DNA of 64,000 nt from Anolis carolinensis (Eukaryota). Shown in pieces: positions 1-13,298 of this stretch. Under the pieces are notes generated by a model. It saw only the letters and a list, made by a program, of their open reading frames with translations, did not search any database and had not been told where the DNA came from. The translations under genes were made by a program, and so were the position numbers. The DNA lies in assembly GCF_035594765.1 (NCBI RefSeq), contig NC_085845.1, positions 30,560,024 through 30,624,023 on the forward strand, read 5' to 3'. The number at the start of each line of letters is the position of its first letter. The first letter of the stretch is position 1.

Positions 1-149
1 AGTGCTTTGACTTTAGCAGAGGAAAGAACTTGAAAAAATACATTGGAAAAGAGTTGGATAATAGAGGTTATCGAAGAAATATAATCAATAATCATAGAAA
101 TAAATCATAATTCTCCATTTTTTAAAAAAAAACAACAAATATTTGGAAG

Positions 150-420
150 CCTGTTTACTGCTCCAGAGACTAGGACATGGAACAATGTATTGAAACTACT
201 GGGAAAGAGTTTTAAACATTAAGAAGAACTTCCTGATGGCAAGAGCAATTTGACAATGGATAGAACATTCTGCCTCAGAATGTGGGGTCATCGTCTTTGG
301 TGGTTGTTTAAAAGAAAGACTGGATGACCATCTGTCTGGAGTGCTTTGATTGTGTGTTCTTGCATGGCAAAGTGTTGGACTGGATGGCCCTTGACATCTC
401 TTCCAACTCAATGATTCCAC
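150..420 (+). mobile_element. CR1 LINE 3' fragment
   Basis: aacattaagaagaacttcctg ... ttggactggatggcc ... cttccaactc..tgattc, the CR1 3' end; similar to 12325-12510. Confidence 0.75.
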
Positions 421-954
421 GTATGAGAAAAAGTGAGTATTCAAGAAACAAAGTTAGAAATGTAGATGCTGTATATTCTGCTGTGTTACCAAATAGTTTG
501 TTGTATATTGGTAGGTAACAACCCTATTACATCCCTTGGGCCACTGTTCCTCAAGCTATTTGATGAGGTGGCTTGGCAATTATTATTTATTCAGTGTTTC
601 AGGGATAAACACACTAAATTTGTGCCTATTGCATATGATTGTTTCCTGGGAGTTTGCCCGGGACCAAGGAGCTCCTAATTTTAAGCAGTACTGCTTTAGA
701 CCACAACTAACCATGTAGCATATGCTTCTTCTCATAGAATCTGTCTGCCATAAAGTCATTTCCAATTTATGGTAAATGTATCACAAAACTGTCACGGGGA
801 TTTCCTGAGAAAATTTGTTCAGAGCAGGTTTGCCATTGCTATCCACTGTGTAGTTGCAAAGATGGTTGAGCAGGGATTCAAATCCTTGTCTTCCAGAGTC
901 CTAACTCAGTACCCAAACTGCTACATTACTTCACAATGCTTGTGTGCATGTCTA

Positions 955-1097
955 CCCATGCACTGTCATCTAAAATCCAGATTATCTGCTTTGAACAGGA
1001 TTATATGGCAGTGTAGACTCATTTAATCCTGTTCAAAGCAGATAATGTGGATTTTCTGCTTTGATAGTATGGATTATATAGCAGTGTAGAAGGGGCC
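955..1097. mobile_element. Palindromic MITE (PIF/Harbinger-like family)
   Basis: Internal inverted repeat attatctgctttgaacagg / cctgttcaaagcagataat; related copies at 7393, 13748 and 57369. Confidence 0.6.
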
Positions 1098-2302
1098 AAA
1101 GAGTGTTCAGCTAAACTGTTTACAACTAGGGTTCAAGGTCATTTTGCACATGCTAAAGTTTGTGTCTGGATTTTGATTTCTTTTGTTGGCCTTTGCTTCT
1201 CCTCATCCCCAAAGAGTTCTTCCTTATTCTTAGTACATATTGTTTTGCCTTACATCAGTGGTATAAAATTGTACAGTTCGTCCATGTTGTTGGTGCTAAG
1301 TGAAACTAATCACAATGAGATATGGTCTCTCTCGTTGAATGTGCACTTAAGAAAACTGGATTTGGAGTCGGCAGTATTTTTTAACGAATTGAGTAATAGC
1401 TAGTAAAAGCCTACGGGGCTTTTATAAAGTTGGTCTGTGGCCAGATAAGAACAAACTATGGATCGATCTTAAGTTCCTTTCATTACATGAGCCTTTTCTA
1501 CACCACTGCTTTCTGTCTCTTACCTAAATAATTTAATTCCATGTTGTTTTTATTTTTAGGATCTGTGTAATTAACATTTCACTGAATCATATTCCATTAA
1601 AGCCCATTATTTGGAGAACATACTGATCCTGACCATAGGGAAGCATTTGTCTTTCTTGTGATATATTCTTCATGGTACACATATCTGACATTATGGATCT
1701 GCATCTATATTTACCTGTCACCTTATGGATGTAAAAGATGGCAAAATGCTTAGCTAAAGCTGACATCAGCCAAGTGCTTGCTTCCCTCAGGCATTTCAAT
1801 TTTCAAGCATTCTTCCAGCAATTTAGATTCACACTATCTCTCTCAAGCCAGCTGAGCTCCCTAATACAGTTCTCTGAAGAGTCAGCACATTACATATCCA
1901 TTACTGTCTGTTGTTGGTCTGAACAGATTATGTTCAATTTTTTCCATAATGGCATATTTGCTAATCAAAATGATGCTTACAGCTCGGGTTGCTTGTGTTA
2001 ACAGGGATTGCTTTGCATGGCAGCATCCTGATGTGTTGCTTTCAATATTTATGTTGCTCAGTTACTGGAGTATAAGTAAAAACAGATCCTATTTGTGTGC
2101 AAAGAGAATGAATTTGAAATTTTATTCAGTGTATCTGAAATATGTAGGTATTTTAGTTGATAAAAGGTGTTGGTTTTCTCCAAATAGTACCCTCTATATT
2201 TTACTAATAAACCAAATTTCAGTATGCAATGACAATTTGTGCTGATTTAGTTATGATGAGTTCACCACAGAAAATGCCACATCACTCCTTCCCACTGATC
2301 CA

Positions 2303-2520
2303 AGGTGTATCTACACTATAAATGCAGTTTTACATGACTTTACCTGCCATGACCCAGTGTTATAAGATCCTAGGAGATGCAGTTTGATGAGGAATCAGCA
2401 TTCTTTAACAAAGAAGATCAAATATCTTGTAAAACTACAATACCCATGGTTCCATAGCACTGAGCCATGGCAACTAAAATAGTGTCGAACTGAATCAGTT
2501 CTACAATGTAGATGCACCCG
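2303..2520. mobile_element. Degenerate palindromic DNA-transposon MITE
   Basis: ggtgtatctacact ... atgtagatgcacc inverted termini; related copies near 5980-6160 and 12515-12880. Confidence 0.55.
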
Positions 2521-3874
2521 TAATAGATCTTATCAAGGAGCAAAGAGCCTAGGACTATTCATACCAAATAAATAAAGTTATGCCTCATTTATAATTACAT
2601 TAAATACATTCATCTTTAAAACACCTTTGACTTGAATTCGTACATTTATAGATGATTAGAATCTCTACTTATTTTGTATTTATCTTCTTTGCTATACTGT
2701 TTGTTTAGATAGATGCTGTTATGTTTATATATTGTGTTTTAAATTTTCATTTATTTTGTATTTATGTTCCTTGTCGCATTATTTGTTTAGATATTTGGTT
2801 AGAAATTTTTGATATTTTCCTGGTGTTTATTTATTTATTTACTTACTTACTTTATTTATATCCTGCCCTTCTTACCCCGAAGGTGACTCAGATACTATCT
2901 TTGCTACGTTTCATGTTTCTTTGTTGGGTGTAAGTTGTTTGTGGTGCCTATAAACATTACCTTTATTTTTAAAAAGTTTTATCTGTATTTTTGTGATGAT
3001 CTTCTGTGTTTATGCATTTGTGGCTGTGGCTCTGCCCTTCTGGATTGAACGAGAGATGCCTGGAAGCAAAGCATTAAACCAGTTTCTGAACCATTGTTCC
3101 TCAGATTACCTTAGGCAGTCCACTTGAGGATTTTGACATTTTAACCTTAACTATTGGGATTCCTCATTTTTTTTTAGCTGAACACCACCACTGATCCTTT
3201 GTTTGATTTGCAGCAGTTAACCGATGCTCTGGTTTCTCTCCTGCCAGAGAGCTTTATCAACTGATCTCACAGAAGAATAGTCTGTTTCCTCCCATTACCA
3301 CAACCTATCAGTTGGACAACCCTATTCACAGCAATGCTGTTGAACAGGTTAGGCTGGAACAACAATTCCATAGCCAGCTAGTGAGCCCCATGGCTAAGAA
3401 GATGCAAAACTACATCTTACGTCTCTAGTTTTATGCCCAGCATGATTCCTTTTAGCACTGCATGTACTCAAGCAGTTCCATAAGATAATTTTATTGGACA
3501 ACCTTATGCTTATATTATCAAGTTAATTTTAGTAACAAGATAATGTTCCCAAACAATCATATTTAGTTAAAAGATATACAGAAAAAACAAACATTTGTAT
3601 ATGCTGTACTTTATCATCTAGCTATATAATATCTCAGTGGTTGTGGTAAAAGAGAAAGTGCTATACAAGCGCTTGGTGGCTAATTCCCTCCTGTCCCCAT
3701 TTTATGATTATTGTGTCCTTTAGGAATATAGATTCTTGGTGGAATTTCAGAATACTTTAGAAGATACACATTTTACTGGCACTATATTGACCAATGCTGA
3801 TTTCAAAACCTAAATCCCATTTTGTGAGAAAGGTGCCATATAAATTCTGTAGGTAGGTAGGTAGATGATTGATT

Positions 3875-3876
<2 letters not shown>

Positions 3877-3943
<67 letters not shown>
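3877..3943 (+). repeat. (GATA)n microsatellite
   Basis: Run of about 16 tetranucleotide units. Confidence 0.95.
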
Positions 3944-3944
<1 letters not shown>

Positions 3945-4058
3945 AAAAATAGGGTATGGTGGCATAGGATAGATAGATGGAATGACATAAGCAGTAGGAA
4001 ACCCATAAATCCTATTAACTTCAAACATGATTTTATCTTTTTTTTCCCCCCTGACATA

Positions 4059-4473
4059 CCGTGTTTCCCAAAAATAAAACAGATCTTATATTAATTTTTG
4101 CTCCCAAAGATGCACTAGGTCTTTTTTCAGGGGATGTCTTATTTTTCCATGAAGAATTTACATTTATTGTTGAACAAAAAATTAACATTTACGTATTATA
4201 TACTGTACAGTAGTTGTCATCACAAACCAGCATAACCAGACAAACTGTGAATCCTAGCAAGTATTTCTTATTAGTACCATTATTTCCATGGACAATGCTC
4301 TATGGTATGTACATTTACTAATGCTGCATGCTCTGGTGTTCTGTTTGGTGGGCATGCTTCCAAACATAAATTTTGCTAGGTCTTACTTTTGGGAAGGCCT
4401 TATATTTAGCAATTCAGCAAAACCTCTACTAGGTCTTATTTTCAGGAGATGTCTTATTTTCAGGGAAACAGGG
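4059..4473. mobile_element. Non-autonomous Tc1/mariner-pogo element
   Basis: TIRs ccgtgtttccc / gggaaacaggg flanked by TA. Confidence 0.75.
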
Positions 4474-6428
4474 TATCACATATAAACAAACTCAAGGAGG
4501 CTATCCTTCAACAGTTACAGGATTGTGTGTATTTGAACAAATGCGACCTCTAGTACTGGTAATTATGATGTGATGAAACAGTCTCTTTCTCTGGCTAAGG
4601 AAAAATGAACACAGAGCTTTAAACTGTCTAATCATGTGCTTTATGCAAAAGCTGAACTGGACCCATGACGTATGTGCTTCTTGCAGTGCTTTGATTCTGA
4701 TAGAAATGCCTCCTCTCCAGCACTGAACCTTCAAGCACTGAGGAGTGATTTGGAGAGAAATTATTCTGCCAAGAGGGCAGTCTGTTTGGAAAGCAAATGC
4801 ACTGCAGTGGAGGTATGACTGCTTAATTCCTAACAGCAGTGCCAGTATTGCTCAGGCATGTCAGGAAGTGATGCTATCTGACCCAGATGCTCCATTCAAC
4901 CATCCCATTTGCCCTTTCTTACAGCACCATTTATGGTACACAATTATAGCACTATAATTCTACTTTAACTGTCACAAGTTTTTCGAATTTTGGGAGGCAC
5001 TAGAACTCTCTGGAAGAGAATCCCAAATTGTCCCTCTCTATATTTAAAATCCCAGGATGCCATAGGAAAATTCTATGCACTAAAATTGTGTAATGCACTA
5101 CAGTTGTGCAATGTGAAAGAGACCACTGTGACATGAATGCTCAAAATCTGCCTTTAGTTAAACAAAATGGATTTCTTTATTACTATTACATCACATAAAA
5201 TGGACCTTGAAATTCAAACTGGGATGAAAATGGTTCACTGTGACAGTGATTCTACTTTGTAGAATTAAAGCAGATTGACACCACTAAGCGTCCTTCCAGA
5301 CAGCCTTATAATGTGGAATAAGTGGATTTAAAATGTGATACCTGAAAGCAAGTCGAACACAGAGCTGCCAGTCCCAGCAAATAGTCCCCTGGCATCCTGA
5401 AAGGTTTGTTTGTAGTGCTGGACCACATACGCGCTGATGCGGAAATACAAATGTGCACGCAAGTAAATTTCGTGTCATTATTCACCCTTCTGCTGCCTTT
5501 ACTATTTCCCTCTTGAAGCCCGCTTCCCTTTGGGGTCACTTGCCTGCCATGCTGGTACCCACTGTGTAAATTCAAGCTCTGTTTAATTTCACAAATATGA
5601 GAACAAATGAATGGTTGCATAGAGTTCTTGTGGGAATTGCTTTCCATTTGTGCTTCTGTTTAGCCACCTGTATGTCTGTGATTCCATTTGTTTACAGCCC
5701 TTATAATCTGTTTTGGGATTTTAAAATGTGCACATGCTGGAGCCGTCCACACCAGTGTATTGCAACGAAGTCCCATGTTTTTCTTGACTCCAGGGATATA
5801 CATTATACAGTGATGTGAATATGCACATTTTTTGGCCACTCTTGGATTTTAAGCACACCTTTTTAACCCGTGTTTTCCAGCCAATGCGATTCAGCACATA
5901 TTTTTGACCAGCATGATCTAGTCACCCCCTCTTTTATGCCAGTTTCTCTTGGATTTTAGGACCTGTGTAGAAGGACCCTTAAACTACCATGGCCCGTTGT
6001 TATGGTAGCATGGGAGTTGTAGATTGATGATGTACCAGTACTCTTTGGCAGAGAAAGCTAAAGATATAGCAAAATGACAACTCCCACAGTTCCATAGCAT
6101 TAAGCCATGGCAGTTAAAGTGGTATCAAATGACATTAATTCTACAATCTACATGCACCCATTGTGAAGCATACACATATATTCCTTAACATAGCTTCTGT
6201 TAAGGAAGAAGTCCTGAAAGAATGCCAATGCAGAACTAGTGATTGTTCTCAAATCCCATCATGGACTGTCACCATAGCAAGTTCGTGTATGGCTTTGTGG
6301 TACATCATTCAATGTCCTCCCACATGGCCATATTTCCTTTCATTTCTTCTGATATTTATTGTGTGAGTGGTAGATGATGATAATGGGAAACGTAAATAGA
6401 ATATCTCACCAAATTGAAACTGGATAGA

Positions 6429-6661
6429 CAGTGTGCCCTTGATATCACTGGGTTTGGTTACGGGACTCCTCCCACGTCCTATGGATACTAAAATTTGTGG
6501 ACAGTCAAATATCATTATATACAATGTCAAAGTAAAGTATAAAATGGCAAAATCAAGGTTTGCTTTCTGGAATGTTTGGGGGGCAGAGGGACAATATTTT
6601 AAAGCTGTAGAAGATTACTGAATCCATGGATGCAGAATCTGTGGATACAGAGGGCCAACTG
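6429..6661. mobile_element. Tigger/pogo-like MITE
   Basis: cagtgtgccct ... agggccaactg termini with TA at the right end; related partial copy at about 38900-39095. Confidence 0.6.
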
Positions 6662-7392
6662 TAACATTTAAGCTGATCTTTGTTGAACAGCAGAGTCATA
6701 AAATCAAATCCAGAATTCAATGTGCCTGCATTTATCATTTTGAAAACAAGAACAAAGCTGTTTCTCTTTTGACCACTGAAACTATAAGGTCAAGCGTTCT
6801 TTGCATTAGCTTTCCTGTAAAATGCATTAGAATGTCCCTGTGGAAAACCAACTCTTATGGACTTAAGGTTTATAAGCTTCTAGTAGAATCTAAGCCCAGC
6901 AATTACAATCATTATCTTCGCAGAGTTCTGTTTCATTGGCTTCATTATGCACTGGGTTTAGTGGAATAATGATTGTATGACACATTAGAGTTTTGTAGCA
7001 CAGTATTTCTATAACTATTGTGAAGCAAAACTAATTGTGATACATTTTTCAGCATGAAGGCATCCAGCTTTTTAAAAATTTAACATTTCTCTCTCTGAAA
7101 GACACAAGTCCCATTTAGCTGGAAAATGCATCAAGTGTCTTTATATTTCAATGGGTATGGAGTCCATTCCCTCTTTGGCTTTGTGTTGTCTCCCAAGAAT
7201 AGCAAGATTTGTTTGTTATTTATTGTAACAATGTTATTTACTCTAACAAGTCCTACTGTGCTCAGTGGAATTTATTCTTCTGTGTTAAGACTGCAGATTT
7301 ACAGTGCATGTTCTTTATACTGACATAAAGCCCATCTAACTTAACAGGATGTATTTTTCAAACACAGCAGAAACCTTGCTAAAACTTATTAT

Positions 7393-7535
7393 GCCCTTTC
7401 TACACTGCCAAATAAAATCCAGATAATCTGATTTAAACTGGATTATATAGCAGTTTGTACTCAGATAATCCAGTTCAAAGCAGATGATGTGGATTATCTG
7501 CGTTGACAATATGGATCATACGGCAGTATAGGAAA
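7393..7535. mobile_element. Palindromic MITE (same family as 955-1097)
   Basis: Same cagataatc / gttcaaagcagat / ggattatctg blocks. Confidence 0.55.
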
Positions 7536-9335
7536 AATGTTCTCCTAGCACAGGTAATGAAGAATCAGCAGGGAACTGAAGTGTCCCTCCGTTGACCTTC
7601 TTGTTGGGCCTCATTTGTATAGATCCACATAATAATATTATTAAAAATTCATAATAATGATGAACAGATTGTAATCTACTGGGTATGCTAGGGAAGTAAC
7701 TGATGGAGATAATACAGGAAGCAGGGTAGAAATAGATGGACAGTGGAGGAAGCAAACAATAATTCTTACAAAAGATCTTTATCAGAACCATTGCTTTAAT
7801 TACTGCTTTAATTTATTCATACATAATTTAGAATCAAAAGTGAATCAAGGTTTGGAGACATTTGGTGTTCACATGTTACATGATCTTATCTTCTATACTA
7901 TTTTGTTCAATGTTCAGTGACTCATAGTCAAATTAGTCTTCCTATAAAATACAGTAATGTGTTTAAAATAATCCAAAACGTTTTGTGAGGCATTTGATCT
8001 TTTACAGTATACATCTTTATTATATCCCTGTTTTGCTAGCTCCCCAAGCCAGTGTCTTCCAGCTGGTATTATTCTGGCTGGGGATAATTGATTTTGTAGT
8101 CCAGTGCAGCTGTAGCTTGGAACTTAGGGAAAACTACTTTTTGTGGCATTTGTTGGCATCTTACATATATTACTTCAATAAATGTTTTCAATAAAAGGAA
8201 CAGAAATACAACTAATTTTCAAATCAGATCTATGAAGTGTTCTATCCATAAGAATATAGAGTGGTTCAGTTCTGTTTAGCATCCAAAGTGAAGGCAGCAA
8301 AGTGCTTCTAGGAAACCGACAAGCATTAAAATTGGAAATATAAGGGATTTTTTTTTATCTCATGAGAACCACTTGTACTGAGCCAGTTGGACAAATAGTC
8401 TAACTTGGGATAAAGGAGTTTCCTATGATTGCTGGGATGTTTTGACCATCTTAGCCTGGCCTGTACAGCTTGTTCTTCATTGCTTCACAAAACAAAATAA
8501 TGATTCCCTGGATCAAGTACAAGATGATAACATAAATGAATACTGGAATAACATGCAGATTGCAGTAAGTTTTTAAAGCCTTAGACTATCATTTTCTGTG
8601 AGTCTCCTGGAAATGATCTGTTCTTCTAATCCTATTAAGCTATTGGAGGTAAATGACCGAGGAACTGTATCTTGGCAATGGAGCAAACAGAATGCTAAGA
8701 TCAAAGGCATATTGAGGCACTGTATCTGGTACACATGGGCAATTTACTTAGTTATTATATTTTTACGAGGTCTTTCCAAAGAATGCACTCAAAACATTTT
8801 CCACAGAAAATGGGCTAGCAATAAAAACAAACTAATGGAGGACAGTGTGTGTGCGTGTGTATGTACCTGAGTGTATATATTTGGCAAAGCAGTCAGTGCT
8901 ATTGTGTATGTAATTGTGCAATGAAAGCATTAATTTGGTACAGTTTAGGAATGTTTTACTCCTACTCTCCTCCATCCAGTATTAGACCCTGTCATAACAC
9001 AAGCATAGAGGTAAAATCACAATGGAGTTGCCCTTATTTTTTTGAAGGTGCATACAAATATTGGATGCTCAAACATGACAACCTAGTACAACTAACAGTT
9101 TATGTCAGTTCATCATGGTAATGCTGATTCTGCTCCTTACTTCCCTCCAGACTCTGACATATTTGATAGGTTCCTGTTAATTTTTATCCCTGTTCAATAA
9201 CTCGCCACACTCTAAAAAAACCTGTTGAGCTTTGGAAAAGATTGCTGTTGTTATTTACCATTGGCAGTGGGGAAGAGGCAATTCAAATGATGAAGATGTG
9301 ACTGGCCTGAGCTCAATGGGAAATAAATATTAGAC

Positions 9336-10324
9336 TGTAATACCTTCAAGTTTTAGTAGAGTGTTTGGGCATTCATGTTCTTCATTCAATGCCACAATTG
9401 CCAAATGGAAATGCTACCCATTGAGGATGAGTAGTGGACTTGAAAACCAGCAGCTCCACCACCACCCCAGCCTAGCTTAATTATTGCAGAAGAGGAACCT
9501 TCAGCAGTAACCAACACTTCCCAGCAAGGAGAGAAAACAGAAGCCGGTATATTGGGGCAGGCTCACGGAGGGTACCGGGCTGTGGCGCAGGCTGGAGAGC
9601 AAGCCAGCTGCAACCAGCTGCAATGAATCACTCTGACCAGGAGGTCATGAGTTCGAGGCCCGCTCGGAGCCTATGTTTGTCTTGTCTTTGTTCTATGTTA
9701 AAAGGCATTGAATGTTTGCCTATATATGTAATGTGATCCGCCCTGAGTCCCCTTCGGGGTGAGAAGGGCAGAATATAAATGCTGTAAATAAATAAATAAT
9801 AAATACCGTCCCCTTTAGAATACAGAGAAGAGCATCCTGAGACCCACAGGTCTGCACAGTTAGCAGATAAATGGACTCTACATAGGCAACACCCGAGACA
9901 ATAGAATAAAAGGTTCTCGAGGGTTCAGCCTTGTCGAAGTATGTATTTGCTTTGTGGTAGGAATCTGGACTTTTTGATTATCAGCTTTGTTGATTCTGGA
10001 CTGTAACCTGAACTAAGTTTTGTTTTCTTATTTTGACTTCTGACTGCTGTTTTTGGACTGCTGACTTGTTGACCTTGGATGGAGTACGGGTTTGTTTATT
10101 CCTGAATGAACTCTGAAACTCTTTCAATGTGACCATAGTAACTTGGGACTCCAAATTTGGGCTTTATCTCTCTCTCAATGGTTTCTGTGTGCATGTAGCT
10201 AACTAAAACTACTAGCCTACAAGCATACTAGCATTTGGAGTTATTTTGTTAATATATTGGGACTTTGTTGACCCTTCTGTTGCTTGGGAAACCTTCATTT
10301 ATTTAACCAGGGCTTGGCATAACA
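9336..10324 (+). mobile_element. Possible solo LTR (Gypsy-like) carrying a SINE insertion
   Basis: TGTAA...AACA termini and repeated ggact/gact motifs in the 3' part. No clear TSD. Confidence 0.35.
9577..9803 (+). mobile_element. tRNA-derived SINE with L2-type tail
   Basis: Box A TGGCGCAGGCTGG, box B GAGTTCGAGGCC, tail ccgccctgagtcccc...aagggcaga, then (TAAA)n. Confidence 0.85.
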
Positions 10325-11315
10325 CAACATGTCCTGGCATTTGTTATTGAATGCTTCCTTTGCCAAATGGAAATTCTGTCATTACAGTTGTGTTTAGTGG
10401 TTGAATTCTACCTACAATCAATTGTTTTTAACGTTTTTAACCATTATAGAGGGGAGACTGGTTATGCATTATTTTATTACTAATATGCTTCAGCCTCTGT
10501 GAATGGAGAACTGTTCACATTTCATTATAAAATATGAATGCGGAAAGCCCTTCTCTGTGTCCTACCAATGGGAACAATATATTATGTGAGGACATCAGAG
10601 AGGGCTTTCTTTGTAGGAGCACTTTGCTTAGGGAATGCCCTCCTTTCTGTTAAAGCTATTAGCATACAATGATTGCATCTTAACCTATATATAAAGGGTT
10701 TTAGATTTTTTTAAATTATTCCATTTAAAAATCCTTCAATTTTAAAAAATTAGTTTAGATTGATAAAACTACTTTGTTATGTTTTAATTATTTGGGCTAA
10801 TTTTATTGGTTGGCTTCCAAAAACAATCCCCTATGAATGATGGATGAGGGTTCAATGCTTCCCAAAGTATAAATAAATCTTTATTAGAGACATGGGGTTG
10901 GATGATTAACATTGGTGAGAGGTAAGTCAGTGCTGATTTGCAATGTTTTAGCTTTTAACTGGATTTCAAGTGAAAATTTATTTGCTTCCAAATCATTTGC
11001 TCCTTGAAGTGGGGTATGAACTATAATAGTTTTTTAAAGAATCACACATCAACAACAAACACACTAGGCAGCAAAGTCAAAAATCATAATAATTTAAGTA
11101 CTTGAGTTTGAAAGCTCAAGAAAGGATAACTAGGGAATTGATAGGCGCCTGCAGTTACAGTGAAAATAAGTAGTATTGTGCCTCCTGCATCCTCCCTTAC
11201 GAACACTAGACCACAATAATCCATTATAGCCAGGATAATGAGTGCATCTAGATTTAAAAGGCTTGCCAGGAAATGGGCGGAATTGCAAACGTACTGTATG
11301 GGGTTTAAGAAACAT

Positions 11316-11663
11316 CTGATCCCTGAGCATCCATTACATAGGCCTACAATTAAAAATGCCATGTTTGGATACTATAGCTGTTTTTACTGTCTTTGTGGGT
11401 GCTGGTTTTAAAAAAATACAGATATTAGAATATTTGAATTCGCTGATGTGAAACACAAAAATCCATTCAAGCACTCATGTCCGAAAACCTGTGAAATGAA
11501 AGCTAAGTAACAACTGAAGTAATAAAGATAGCCAATTTGTGAAATAACTTGTTTAAATTGTATTTTTTTAAAACCAGCACCCACAAAGACAGTAAAAACA
11601 GCTATAGTATCCAAACATGGCATTTTTAATTGTAGGCCTATGTAATGGATGCTCAGGGATCAG
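11316..11663. repeat. Perfect 105-bp inverted repeat (11316-11420 and 11559-11663) with a 138-bp spacer
   Basis: The arms are exact reverse complements by manual comparison; the ORF track shows MAFLIVGLCNGCSGIR on both strands. Confidence 0.95.
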
Positions 11664-11732
11664 GGACTTTTATCCTTTTTTACAGATTTATTTATTTTCC
11701 GAAGACAGGACACAGGCTTGCCATCACAGATT

Positions 11733-11887
11733 TTTATTTCCATGTCAGGAATGGAAAAAAGTCGCTTCTGGTGTGAGAGAATTGGCCATCTGCAAGAAGA
11801 TTGCCCAGGGGACGCCCGGATTCGAACCACTGACCAGGTCAGCAGGCCTGCCGGCACAAGGGTTCAACCTACTGCACCATCGGGGGC
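11733..11887 (-). mobile_element. Internally deleted tRNA-derived SINE
   Basis: Reverse complement of the 37871/60453 SINE family; TSD tgccatcac(a/g)gat. Confidence 0.75.
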
Positions 11888-12324
11888 TGCCATCACGGAT
11901 GAGCAGTATAGTTTTTCTGCCCTGATGATCTGCTTCTCACGGGCACTGAACTTTCCTGTGCCTAAAGCCTCGCAAGTGGTCAAGGATCACTTATTCCCAT
12001 CCAATCAGCAGCAGCAACATGCACCTGTAGCTTCAGCTTTAACAGCATTGCCTTACCTTATACAATTGGCCTTGACACCTGACTTCCCTCTGTCAATGGT
12101 GCCAACAGTGTAAAGAACAGATGCCATGTATCAAGTAAATATCTCAGACACTCAGTGGGTGACAAGATCACCCAAGCCAAATTCCGTTGTTGTTGATGTT
12201 ACTCAAGGAAAACGATCACAAAGAGTTCATTCCACATCAACTGTCAAAGAGGGATGGAAGGTTGAGGCCCTAGGGGAAAGGCCCACCTTACTGGAGGGCA
12301 TATATGTTGGCATACCAAAATTTC

Positions 12325-12510
12325 CTCTAAGAACTGTTCAGCAGTGGAACTCTCTGCCCCGGAGTGTGGGTGGAGGCTCCTTCTTTGGAGGCTTTTAAAC
12401 AGAGGCTGGATGGCCATCTGCCGGGGGTGCGTTGAATGCGATTTTCCTGCTTCTTGGCAGAATAGGGTTGGACTGGATGGCCCATGTGGTCTCTTCCAAC
12501 TCTATGATTC
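12325..12510 (+). mobile_element. CR1 LINE 3' end
   Basis: Encodes [13 protein letters not shown], followed by the CR1 3'UTR ending ccaactctatgattc. Confidence 0.85.
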
Positions 12511-12643
12511 AATGAATTAAAGCAGTTTGATACCGTATTAGCTGCCATGGAGCAGTGCTATGGAATCATGGGAGTTGTAGTTTTTTTTTTTTTTTACAAA
12601 GTCTTTAACCTTCCCTGCCAAATGTTATAGAGTTCATCTACAC

Positions 12644-12785
12644 TAGGCATGGGCAAACTTTGGCCCTCCCGCCAGGTGTTTTGGACTCCAACTCCCACAA
12701 TTCCTAACAGCCTACCGGCTGTTAGGAATTGTGGGAGTTGGAGTCCAAAACACCTGGCGGGAGGGCCAAAGTTTGCCCATGCCTG
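12644..12785. mobile_element. Young, almost fully palindromic hAT MITE (142 bp)
   Basis: taggcatgggcaaac ... gtttgcccatgcctg; perfect 8-bp TSD ATCTACAC. Confidence 0.92.
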
Positions 12786-12949
12786 ATCTACACTGTAGAA
12801 TTAATGCAGTTTGACATCACTTTGACTGCCATGGCTCAGTACAATGGAACCTGATTTGTACTTCGGTGAGGAATCAGCATTTCGTATTACAACGAAATAC
12901 TTGTACACCAGGCAGATCTGAGGTCATTTACTTTGGACTCAGAATACCA

Positions 12950-13267
12950 AATTCCGCTAACACCAGCTCATGTCGTGCAGCCCTAAAGATCTGCCGTCAG
13001 TCATCCCGTTTCCCAGACTCACTCACGCATTTCCCAACAGCAGCCGCTCTTCCCTGTCTTCCGCTTATGGCGTCACAGAAGAGCGAGGGGCGGAGCCAGA
13101 ACGTTAAGATTTGCGCATGCTCTCTTATCTTCTTAGGGTTGAATGAAAGCCGAGCGGGGGGCGTGACTTGGAGAAAGTGGGCGTGGCTTCGCGGCGCCGT
13201 CGGCAGGCGTAACTTGAGAAGGAAGGGAGCGAGTGAGAGACTGAGGAAGGGTTCTGGCGGCGCGAGA

Positions 13268-13298
<31 letters not shown>

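Noticed and set aside
1-9300. Exons of the expected upstream neighbour (FAM241A by mammalian synteny)
   Set aside because: No recognisable coding exon; the short ORFs look random or transposon-derived
9577-9670. tRNA-like box A/B sequences (also 37871, 60453, 63495)
   Set aside because: These are SINE heads with LINE-derived tails, not cloverleaf tRNA genes
11921-11950. CTGATGA...CTGA as a C/D snoRNA or hammerhead
   Set aside because: The boxes are too close for a snoRNA and there is no GAAA/stem arrangement for a hammerhead
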